Source of the DNA: an uncultured archaeon
GTDB lineage: Archaea; Asgardarchaeota; Thorarchaeia; Thorarchaeales; Thorarchaeaceae
Length of the DNA stretch: 23,618 bases
NCBI GenBank assembly: GCA_964473825.1
Contig: CAYYQL010000037.1
Coordinates: 1-23,618, forward strand
Reading direction: 5' to 3'
The stretch's first letter is position 1. Every line of letters begins with the position of its first letter. This document shows positions 16,180-23,618 of this stretch, piece by piece. A program made the position numbers and the translations under genes. The notes below the pieces were generated by a model. The model saw nothing but the letters and a program-made list of their open reading frames with translations, did not search any database and was not told the origin of the DNA.

Positions 16180-16935
16180 CTATTCTGCCTTATTGGCAGC
16201 CGGGTCGCCTTTCTTGACAAGTGCATCTACCTCATCGTCAGGCAGGATGCGGAATCTCATCTCTTCTGAATCGATTAGTCCAACTTCGATTTGTGTGCCT
16301 GAGTCTTCATCAGAAGCAGAGCGGTCGCCTGAAGCCTTCCTTATGCCTGCCAGAGCAAGATCAACTGCCTGATTCAGCTTCATCTTCTTCTTGTACTTGT
16401 CCTTGAAGAAATCGCGAACCATATCAGAGTCCTTGCCGATGGCGGTCGCCTTCCAGCCCCAGAATGATCCGGAGGGGTCTGTAGTGTACAGCTGTGGCCC
16501 GTTATCGTCTATACCACCGACAATCAATGAAACACCAAATGGCCTGACACCACCGTATTGTGTGTGAATCTGTTTGGTGTCACAGATGTCAACAACGAGT
16601 GAATGGATCGATATAGGCTCATCATAACTCAAGCGGTTGATCTGAGACTGTACACGTGCCTGATCAATGAGTTTTCTCGCGTCAGCATGCAGGCCTGCAA
16701 TTCCTGTACCAACGTGGTCATCAATGATAAGAATCTTCTTCAGCGTGTCCAAATCAACCAGTGAATGGGGCGAGCGCTTCTCGCCTGCGAGTACAACTCC
16801 GTCTACAGCCTTCACACCAACAGCAAGAGGACCATGACGCACTGCCTCTGTTGCATATTCGACTTGGTAGAGTCGACCCTCAGGACTGAAAACTGTGATT
16901 GCTCTATCGTATCCCATACTCTGTTGTGGAAACAT
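16180..16935 (-). CDS. psmA: Proteasome subunit alpha
   Basis: MGYDRAITVFSPEGRLYQVEYA, GVRPFGVSL, TDPSG, ATAIG. Confidence 0.98.
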   Translation of the reverse strand: MFPQQSMGYDRAITVFSPEGRLYQVEYATEAVRHGPLAVGVKAVDGVVLAGEKRSPHSLVDLDTLKKILIIDDHVGTGIAGLHADARKLIDQARVQSQINRLSYDEPISIHSLVVDICDTKQIHTQYGGVRPFGVSLIVGGIDDNGPQLYTTDPSGSFWGWKATAIGKDSDMVRDFFKDKYKKKMKLNQAVDLALAGIRKASGDRSASDEDSGTQIEVGLIDSEEMRFRILPDDEVDALVKKGDPAANKAE

Positions 16936-17005
16936 GCGTAAACATCACTCCAAGAGTGTCTAGCCTTCTGGCTGACTTGGTCAAAGAAAGGACAAGTGCA
17001 GGCAG

Positions 17006-17012
17006 TTTAAAA
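17006..17012 (-). promoter_or_regulatory. TATA box of psmA (TTTTAAA)
   Basis: Minus strand ACAACC-TTTTAAA ~70 nt upstream of the ATG; GGAGTGA SD. Confidence 0.5.
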
Positions 17013-17046
17013 GGTTGTCTGTGTGTTTGTTCGACAGTCAGGGACT

Positions 17047-17742
17047 CTATCGCCACTCAAGTCTGACTTCGATTCCAGAGGGCGCCGAAGACACGACCGA
17101 ATCCAGCTCTTCTACATTGGGAGCTGTGAAATCTCTGACCTCTTCGGGCCGAGTGCCATCAGAAGCCCGGTAGTTCTGGACCAAGTACGTCCCCTCGAAG
17201 CCCATGGATGAGAGCGTTTCCATGATTTCCGCGATGTCTTCGGGGCTCATCAAGGTACCGACATAAGTTGTTCGAGGCCAGAAGGCTACATCGGCATCCA
17301 TGAGCAGGCCGATGCTCTTCTTCACCCTTGGCCATGGATCCCCTCGGGTTCTAGCAATCGCTTGATACTTCTGAGGTACAGTCTTGAAATCAAGCCACAC
17401 AGAATCGAGATAGGGCAAAGATCTCTCAAGGACAGACGGAACTGATCCCTGAGTGTTGAGATTGATATGCTTCCCAGCATCCAGTGCCAGAATCTTGAGC
17501 AGGTCAGGTAGATCCTTGTATATGGTTGGCTCTCCTCCTGTTATGCAGTACCCATCAGTTAGGTGTCCTTGAGCCTCGGCAGCAATCTGTTCGGGAGTTC
17601 TCTCAACACCGGAGTCAAGAGGTATCAGCTCTGCATTCTGGCAGTAAGGACAGTCAAAATTGCATCCTGCCGTGAAGATGACCGTAACCGGGATATGGGG
17701 AACATCTACCAGGCTAATGTCTATCACCGTCCCCAGTCTCAT
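17047..17742 (-). CDS. nrdG: Radical SAM activase, anaerobic ribonucleotide reductase activating protein type
   Basis: ISLVDVP..VIFTAGCNFDCPYCQN, ITGGEPT, LNTQGS, WLDFK, RTT, LVQNYR; ATG 17742 follows GGGTG (the track's extension to 17808 is unlikely). Confidence 0.85.
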   Translation of the reverse strand: MRLGTVIDISLVDVPHIPVTVIFTAGCNFDCPYCQNAELIPLDSGVERTPEQIAAEAQGHLTDGYCITGGEPTIYKDLPDLLKILALDAGKHINLNTQGSVPSVLERSLPYLDSVWLDFKTVPQKYQAIARTRGDPWPRVKKSIGLLMDADVAFWPRTTYVGTLMSPEDIAEIMETLSSMGFEGTYLVQNYRASDGTRPEEVRDFTAPNVEELDSVVSSAPSGIEVRLEWR

Positions 17743-17765
17743 AGAATCAACACCCGCTATTGGAG

Positions 17766-17934
17766 CCTTCATATGGTGGCATTTATCTTCCGTGGTATGG
17801 TCGAGCAACCCAACTGCTCACTAGTGGCGTATTCCGGATATTGCGTCTTGGCATGTTAGCGAGTGACTCTATTGCTGTATCATATTCCAAAATATTGTGG
17901 TATTTCGGTTTTATTGATGGTCACCATATGAAGG
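17766..17934. repeat. 13-bp perfect inverted repeat pair CCTTCATATGGTG / CACCATATGAAGG, with an NrdR-box-like motif between the arms
   Basis: Arms at 17766-17778 and 17922-17934; CCACAATATTTTGGAA on the minus strand at 17885-17900. Confidence 0.6.
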
Positions 17935-17954
17935 AACGCTTCGAAGCGCCAATA

Positions 17955-17972
17955 TATGAGTAGTAACTCATA
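17955..17972. promoter_or_regulatory. Palindrome TATGAGT-N4-ACTCATA, probable operator
   Basis: Perfect 7-4-7 inverted repeat upstream of ORF 18010. Confidence 0.45.
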
Positions 17973-18009
17973 GGAGATATTCGGTCAATCTTACTAGAAT
18001 ACTTAACTA

Positions 18010-18312
18010 ATGCCCTCTAGGTATCGTTGGTTGGGACCAGAAATGGAAAGTGTTGCTATAAACAGAGATCAGATCCTCAAGAGTACCTTGTTTCATATCC
18101 AGATCAAACGATGCGAATACATCGATGATTTCCCCGAGGCTGTCACGTCAATCTTCCAGAAAATGATTGATGAGAATGGTATCAAGGAATACAAGGATAT
18201 GAAGCGTAGACTGTATCGAATCGATACCAACTTCTTCAAGATCAACCAAGACAAGGTGAAGAAGAAGGGCTTCTTTGAGAGCCTCTATAATCGGATAGCT
18301 AAGGCAATCTAG
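18010..18312 (+). CDS. Small hypothetical protein with C-terminal amphipathic helix
   Basis: 100-aa ORF (alternative start 18043) ending KKKGFFESLYNRIAKAI. Confidence 0.55.
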   Translation: MPSRYRWLGPEMESVAINRDQILKSTLFHIQIKRCEYIDDFPEAVTSIFQKMIDENGIKEYKDMKRRLYRIDTNFFKINQDKVKKKGFFESLYNRIAKAI

Positions 18313-18501
18313 ATAAGACATCCAAAATCTCTTGTACACAATAGGTACAAGGCTTTGATTTTTTAGCTCGGATGCTAGCCGTAGAGGGAATCGGTACTCA
18401 CGTCCAAGTTACTGAATGGCATACCGCTGTCATGGGAAAATAGCAAGACTAAACTTCTAGACCTGTTCCAAATAGGTTGTATCCCGCGGAGTGTTCTCTC
18501 T

Positions 18502-20115
18502 GTGCATAGTCACTTGGTAGTATTCGAACCTAAAGGAATCAGAGTCTCTGTCCAAGATGGGGTCACTGTGCTCGAAGCAGCAAGGCAAACAGGACTTCAA
18601 CTGGAATCACAATGTGGAGGAAGGGGGACGTGTGGCAAATGCAGAGTATTCCTGAACCCAGCAGGGAACCCGAGTGATACAGAGATTTCCATGCTGAGCA
18701 GACAAGAACTCGATCAAGGTATGCGACTGGCATGTATTCACGAGATACACAGTGATATGCGCGTCGTGTTTCCCCAGGTACTTGAAAAGGCCAAGATACT
18801 CACAGAGTCCACCGGATTGGATGCCCATGATCTCCGACCAGATGGAAAGAGAGGGGAGTATGGTATCGCCATTGACTTGGGAACAACCACCGTCGTGTGT
18901 TATCTTGTGGACCTCCACGAGGGCACTCAACTCGGACAGATAGCTTGCCTCAATCCTCAGATAATCTATGGCGAGGACGTGATGTCGAGGATAACCTACT
19001 CTCTCGAGAATGATGATGGGGGAAGGCAACTCCAACAGCGGGTTGCCAAGAGAATAGACCAGATGATCGGAGATCTCTGCCAAGAGACCTCTGTGCTGCC
19101 CCAGTCCGTGACCCGACTTGCAGTAGTTGGTAACACTGCGATGCATCATCTCTTCCTGGGGATAGACACCAAGACTCTTGGATTCTCACCCTATGTACCT
19201 GCTGTCTACGATGCTGTGCAGACGTCTGCCTCGGAGTTAGGAATCACAACACTCGGTGCAGCAAGTGTATACTGCCCCCCGAACATCGCAGGCTTCGTTG
19301 GCGGAGACACAGTATCCTTCATACTCTCCCAGAGGTTCGACCAGCATGAAGGACACATAGTCGGTATCGATATTGGCACCAACGGAGAGATCGTGATTGT
19401 GAATGAGGGAGATATCTACTGCTGTTCTGCAGCTGCCGGGTCGGCGTTCGAGGGTGCCACCATATACCAGGGAATGAGAGGACAGGAGGGAGCCATAGAA
19501 CACGTCAAGATCAAAAATCCTGATGATGCTCCTGAGATAGCAACGATTGGACGAACCCATCCACGGGGCATCTGTGGTTCTGCAATCGTAGACATTGTGG
19601 CAGAGATGAGGCTTGCCTCGTTGCTTGATGAGAGCGGGAGATTCCAGAAATCCCAGAGGATCGAGCAGGTCAAGACCTTCGGCCGAGTCTATGTTGTTGC
19701 AGATGCAGGCGAGAATGGTGCAGAAGAGCGAATCGTGTTCACACAGAAGGATGTCAGGCAGGTTCAGCTAGCTAAGGCAGCCATCCAGGCCGGGACTAAG
19801 ATCGGCTTGGCTACTGCAAGCGTAAGCCCGAAAGATATCGACATGGTCGTCCTTGCAGGTGCCTTCGGCAACTACATCCACCCCGAGAGTGCCATCGAGA
19901 TAGGGCTCATCCCCTCTCTCCCTCAGCAGAGAATCTTACCAGTGGGGAATGCGGCGGGAGACGGTGCTCGGAGGATGACACTCTCTCACAAACAGAGAAG
20001 GATTGCTGAGAGAATCGCCAAAGGAGTGCAGTACATCGAACTGGCTGGAAGAGAAGGATTCCAAGAAGAATTTCTGGCCTCAACGGTGCTGAGACCTTGG
20101 GTGCTTAGCAGCTAA
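18502..20115 (+). CDS. ASKHA-domain [2Fe-2S] ATP-dependent reductive activator of corrinoid proteins (RACo/AcsV, DUF4445)
   Basis: CGGRGTCGKC..RLAC, AIDLGTTT, YGEDVMSRI, GNTAMHH, FVGGD, DIGTNGE, SAFEG, GICGS, TQKDVRQVQLAKAAI, LAGAFGNY. Confidence 0.95.
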   Translation: MHSHLVVFEPKGIRVSVQDGVTVLEAARQTGLQLESQCGGRGTCGKCRVFLNPAGNPSDTEISMLSRQELDQGMRLACIHEIHSDMRVVFPQVLEKAKILTESTGLDAHDLRPDGKRGEYGIAIDLGTTTVVCYLVDLHEGTQLGQIACLNPQIIYGEDVMSRITYSLENDDGGRQLQQRVAKRIDQMIGDLCQETSVLPQSVTRLAVVGNTAMHHLFLGIDTKTLGFSPYVPAVYDAVQTSASELGITTLGAASVYCPPNIAGFVGGDTVSFILSQRFDQHEGHIVGIDIGTNGEIVIVNEGDIYCCSAAAGSAFEGATIYQGMRGQEGAIEHVKIKNPDDAPEIATIGRTHPRGICGSAIVDIVAEMRLASLLDESGRFQKSQRIEQVKTFGRVYVVADAGENGAEERIVFTQKDVRQVQLAKAAIQAGTKIGLATASVSPKDIDMVVLAGAFGNYIHPESAIEIGLIPSLPQQRILPVGNAAGDGARRMTLSHKQRRIAERIAKGVQYIELAGREGFQEEFLASTVLRPWVLSS

Positions 20116-20133
20116 AGAGAAGCAAGACAGCCT

Positions 20134-21219
20134 CTAGGGCTCAATACCGTGAAGTGGAAAGACCAGCCTCTTCAATAGAGAGACATTCGTCCGTACTATG
20201 TCCCAGGTCTCCTCGTCATCGTGTTCGAAGGGAGGGGTCTGTATTGGGGGAACATAGTCATTGCCAGTCAGTACTGCCAAAATTACACATGCGCCCCACG
20301 CGAGAGAGTCAGGATCATATCCGCCACCAGAGAGTACGCCCAGCCGTCCGTCAGAGTATCGATGGGCAAAGTAGTGAATCTGCTCAGCGACATACCTGAT
20401 TGTGTCCATAGTGAGATTCATGTGCGTCAGAGGGTCCCGATAGTGGGCGTCAAACCCTGGAAGGAATAGTATGAAATCGGGCCGGAATGAATCAACGAGA
20501 GGCGGCACGAGTTCGTCAAAGGCAAACCTGTAGACTTCGTCACCTGAATCCATCGGGAACCACATGTTGACATTGTGGCCTGCGCCCGCGCCCACACCAA
20601 TATCCTCGATATGTCCATCGTGGGGGTACATCCACTCGGGGTCTTCATGAAACGAGATCTGCATGACATTGGGTGAATCGTAGTAGTAGGTCTGTGTACC
20701 GTTTCCATGATGTGCATCGAAGTCTGCGATGAATATCCTCTGGAATCCGTTTGAAGTGAGTTCGTGGACAGCAGCTGCAATATCATTGAAGACACAGAAA
20801 CCGCCACCAGCGTCATATGTCGCGTGATGGAATCCTCCGGTTGGTGAGAAGAAGTGGTCGATAGAGCCGGACAGGATAGCCCTGACTCCCCAGACGGTGG
20901 CACCAGATACACTGAGTGCGTTCTTATAGACACCTCTGAACCCGGGGGTATCGACGGCTATGTCCTCCACTCCTGACGCCGATATCTCTTTCACACGGGC
21001 GATATACTCAAGGGAGTGAACAGCCTCTAGAGTGTCCTGTGGCAGTGTATCAGTTTCGATGAATTCAACACGTGAGGGGTCAAGACATCCCTCCTCCTCT
21101 GCACTCTCCTTGATGTAGGTGAAGCGATTCTTACTGATGGGGTGGCGTCGCCCATAATCGTGTTTGTCAAACATAGGAGACCAAAGAAAGCCGGTCCTAC
21201 AGCTGCCTCTACCTTTCAT
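20134..21219 (-). CDS. Histone deacetylase family (AcuC/class I-like) Zn-dependent deacetylase
   Basis: HP..RF, GGFHHA, GFCVFND, DFDAHHGNGTQ, SFHE, GFDAHYRDPL, GGGY; start placed at ATG 21219, ~23 nt downstream of TATAAG (21247-21242), consistent with a leaderless mRNA. Confidence 0.93.
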   Translation of the reverse strand: MKGRGSCRTGFLWSPMFDKHDYGRRHPISKNRFTYIKESAEEEGCLDPSRVEFIETDTLPQDTLEAVHSLEYIARVKEISASGVEDIAVDTPGFRGVYKNALSVSGATVWGVRAILSGSIDHFFSPTGGFHHATYDAGGGFCVFNDIAAAVHELTSNGFQRIFIADFDAHHGNGTQTYYYDSPNVMQISFHEDPEWMYPHDGHIEDIGVGAGAGHNVNMWFPMDSGDEVYRFAFDELVPPLVDSFRPDFILFLPGFDAHYRDPLTHMNLTMDTIRYVAEQIHYFAHRYSDGRLGVLSGGGYDPDSLAWGACVILAVLTGNDYVPPIQTPPFEHDDEETWDIVRTNVSLLKRLVFPLHGIEP

Positions 21220-21381
21220 CGCGGGGTATTCCATGAGCCGTCTTATATCGGTTGACTTGTAGTCGACCAGGCGAGTGAGGAACCTCAGAGGACGTGTCGG
21301 ACCATATGACCTTTGACAATCCTTTTCTCTCTCTGCGGTAGAAGTACACCATGCTGGTTGCAGTATACGAGAGGATGCCAC

Positions 21382-22185
21382 ATGGATGAACGGACAGCAC
21401 AGGAAAAGTTTGATGCAGTACGGGACATGCTCCGAGGGAAGAGAGTTGTCGTTGCATTCAGCGGAGGGGTCGACAGTACGGTACTGGCACACATTGCACG
21501 ACAGGCTGCAGCTGAAACCCTTCTCCTCACGGTTGATATGCAGACAGTCCCCCAGTTTGAGATTGAACAGGCCGTTGAGGTGGTCCAACGTCTTGGAATA
21601 GAACATAGGGTCATCAGATTTGACTGGACAGCAGACACATCTCTGTCAGCCAATCCACCAGACAGGTGCTATCACTGCAAGAGAAGTCTCGCTCGACTCT
21701 GGTTGGAAGTCAGAGATGAGCGAGGGATGGATATGGTGGTGGAGGGAACCAATGCGAGTGACCTCAAGGGACACCGACCGGGCCTGCAAGCACTGGAAGA
21801 GATGGGAGTGTCTTCACCATTTCTCGAAGTAGGAATTGGAAAAGGGGATATCCGAGCTTACGCACGTGAACATGACCTCGGCATAGCAGAGAAACCACCT
21901 CAAGCATGCCTGGCCACCAGGTTTCCACCTACCGTCGAGATAACAGAGGAGCGCCTCGCGATGATTGAGGCAGTGGAGAACACGATACGAGAGCTGTACG
22001 AACTAGACTGTGTTCGTGCACGCTACCACGGAGAACTTGTAAGAATCGAGGTGCCTCCAGAATACATCTCTAAGTTCGGATCTGACTCAGAGCTGGATCA
22101 GCTAGTTCAAGCGGCCAAAGAGACAGGTTTCAAGTATGTGACATTGGACCTAGAGGGCTATCGTTCGGGGTCAACCAGCGTCTAG
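21382..22185 (+). CDS. larE: LarE-family ATP-dependent sulfur transferase (PP-loop)
   Basis: VAFSGGVDS, DRCYHCK, EGTNASD..HRPG, ACLATRFP, RARYHG..RIEV, GFKYVTLDLEGYRSGS; ATG 21382 follows GAGG. Confidence 0.93.
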   Translation: MDERTAQEKFDAVRDMLRGKRVVVAFSGGVDSTVLAHIARQAAAETLLLTVDMQTVPQFEIEQAVEVVQRLGIEHRVIRFDWTADTSLSANPPDRCYHCKRSLARLWLEVRDERGMDMVVEGTNASDLKGHRPGLQALEEMGVSSPFLEVGIGKGDIRAYAREHDLGIAEKPPQACLATRFPPTVEITEERLAMIEAVENTIRELYELDCVRARYHGELVRIEVPPEYISKFGSDSELDQLVQAAKETGFKYVTLDLEGYRSGSTSV

Positions 22186-22200
22186 CGGTCTTCATCCGGG

Positions 22201-22362
22201 TCATTCAGAGCTGACTTCTTCCTCCTCGGTCCAGCGCTTCACCATGCCGTAGAGGAGGTCTATCTGTTCATCAGAAAGCAGCGGAAGTTTTGACACAATC
22301 ATATTCCGCTTAATCTTGTTTGACACAAACCTTTCGCGTAGCTGTCTTCCTCGGCCAGTCAT
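22201..22362 (-). CDS. Small hypothetical protein (53 aa), below the ORF-track cutoff
   Basis: GGGGTGA SD, then MTGRGRQLRERFVSNKIKRNMIVSKLPLLSDEQIDLLYGMVKRWTEEEEVSSE*; fills the gap 15 nt downstream of the peptidase stop. Confidence 0.7.
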   Translation of the reverse strand: MTGRGRQLRERFVSNKIKRNMIVSKLPLLSDEQIDLLYGMVKRWTEEEEVSSE

Positions 22363-22377
22363 TCTGTCACCCCAATT

Positions 22378-23574
22378 CTATTCTATGCATATCAGTTCCG
22401 TCTGAGGATGAGAGAGAAACTCGCATCCGTCTGAAGTCACGACAATATCTTCTTCAAGACTCACTTGGCCATAGTTCTCTGTGGTGACATAGAGCTCCAG
22501 CGTAAAGACATTACCTTTCTCAAGAACACCCTTCGGGCTATCACCATAGCGATCCCAGAGAGGGCCCAGCAACGTGCCACCGTCATGAGCCTGTCGTCCA
22601 ACTTGGTGCCCCAAGCCGTGTTTGTATCCGTCATACCCTTGGTCTTGGACATAACCACGAGCTATGGCATCAACCTCATGCCCGACTTTGCCTGGTGCAA
22701 TGAAGCGTGCTGCCGATTGGATAGCATCCCTTACTGTCTCAAAGGCGGTTTCTACCTCTTCAGGAACGTCCTTTGGATTCCCAAAGAAGAACATTCGCTG
22801 AATGTCCGAACAGTAATCATTCCATCGCACACCAAAATCGAAGTGTAACAGATGACCTGCCTTCGTCTTGTTCTCGGTGGGTCCCGAATGCCCGAACTCT
22901 TTGTTTGGGCCAGCGTCTACCGCAGGATTGTGATCAGGATTCCAAGCGCTGGAAACGCCGTGAGTTTCCATTGCAGCGTGGAACATATCGTATATCTCGA
23001 GTTCGGTCATGCCGATACGAACCTTCTCCCTCATCTCATCGTAAATCGACTCAGTGGTCTCGACGGCCGTTCTAATACGCTCTAGTTCTGATGTGGTCTT
23101 TCGACCACGGAGCTTGCTGACAAGCTCCTCAGCACTGACTAGACGATTACCCATCAGTGCTTCTGATAGGTAGCCCTTCAGAATCTGAAACATCCCCACC
23201 GTGAGTCCATCAGCGGCCACATCATTTTTGCTGTAGTTGACTGCAATCTCCTTGGGATTGAGGCGTTTCAGTTCCTCGATGAGTGGTGCCCCAACGGACT
23301 CCACGTAAGGAACTACTCTGTCGAATAGGTTCTTTGACCGTATTGCATCTGCATCGAAGCTTCCGACGACTGCCACCTTCTCACCTTCCTTGGTGAAAAG
23401 CAAGCCCGACTGCCAGACCAGATCGCAGTCCACGACCAGTGGCAGGACAGGGTCTTTGATCTGAGAGGTCTCGCGCACCCATATCAGCCAAGCATCAAGT
23501 CCCAGCTCTTTCAGTATATCGCAGGTCTGATTGACCTTCTCACTCTCTATACTCGCCATTACCGGATCACTCAC
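22378..23574 (-). CDS. M24B Xaa-Pro aminopeptidase/prolidase family
   Basis: LRGRKT..EL, HFDFG..YCSDIQR, HGLGHQVG..AHD, FTLE, SLEEDIVVT metal ligands. Confidence 0.95.
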   Translation of the reverse strand: MSDPVMASIESEKVNQTCDILKELGLDAWLIWVRETSQIKDPVLPLVVDCDLVWQSGLLFTKEGEKVAVVGSFDADAIRSKNLFDRVVPYVESVGAPLIEELKRLNPKEIAVNYSKNDVAADGLTVGMFQILKGYLSEALMGNRLVSAEELVSKLRGRKTTSELERIRTAVETTESIYDEMREKVRIGMTELEIYDMFHAAMETHGVSSAWNPDHNPAVDAGPNKEFGHSGPTENKTKAGHLLHFDFGVRWNDYCSDIQRMFFFGNPKDVPEEVETAFETVRDAIQSAARFIAPGKVGHEVDAIARGYVQDQGYDGYKHGLGHQVGRQAHDGGTLLGPLWDRYGDSPKGVLEKGNVFTLELYVTTENYGQVSLEEDIVVTSDGCEFLSHPQTELICIE

Positions 23575-23618
23575 TCCATCTGAGAGATGAACTCTCTGAA
23601 TAATCTTCTCGAATAGAA
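23571..23618 (-). CDS. Possible 3' end of an upstream gene (..FYSRRLFREFISQME*)
   Basis: Open frame whose TGA overlaps the peptidase GTG (GTGA overlap); other frames are also open over these 48 nt. Confidence 0.3.
   Translation of the reverse strand, partial: FYSRRLFREFISQME

Noticed and set aside
17743-17808. N-terminal extension of the activase ORF
   Set aside because: The family-like sequence starts at MRLGTVIDISLVD, and an SD precedes ATG 17742
17760-17963. 67-aa plus-strand ORF
   Set aside because: TTG start without SD, no recognisable motif, and it lies across the repeat/regulatory region
21220-21606. N-terminal 129-aa extension of the 490-aa deacetylase ORF
   Set aside because: Antisense to larE; HDAC similarity and a TATA-supported start begin at ~21219
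1-23618. CRISPR arrays, tRNA/rRNA genes, transposases or integrases
   Set aside because: No spaced direct repeats, cloverleaf motifs or recombinase/transposase ORFs seen by eye

Overview
A gene-dense archaeal chromosomal window, most likely Asgard (Thorarchaeia-like). This is inferred from the archaeal proteasome alpha subunit, DTD2 and TATA/GGTGA signals together with a Rab-like fold, a CIA2/MIP18-like protein and a eukaryote-type SECIS-like hairpin. Recognisable genes: MIP18/CIA2-like, RimI/Ard1 acetyltransferase, dtdA, a PD-(D/E)xK nuclease, a divergent beta-carbonic anhydrase, a RimK/MptN ligase, psmA, an NrdG-type radical SAM activase, an RACo/ASKHA activator, a histone-deacetylase-family enzyme, larE and an M24 peptidase. 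Top candidates for novelty: (1) a hidden selenoprotein. ORF-track entries 11316-11522 and 11580-12251 share a frame and are joined across one in-frame TGA in a C-M-S-U-G motif, and an AUGA-N11-AAA...GA SECIS-like hairpin starts on the gene's own stop codon. (2) A co-oriented cluster of a coiled-coil protein with a Vps28-CTD-like tail, a Cys-cluster protein and a ~1300-aa TrmB-like protein split by a ~1,080-residue helical rod. (3) A P-loop-less Rab-like pseudo-GTPase upstream of a long acidic polyproline protein missing from the ORF track. I saw no rRNA, tRNA, CRISPR array or transposase. All family calls come from reading motifs by eye; no searches were run.
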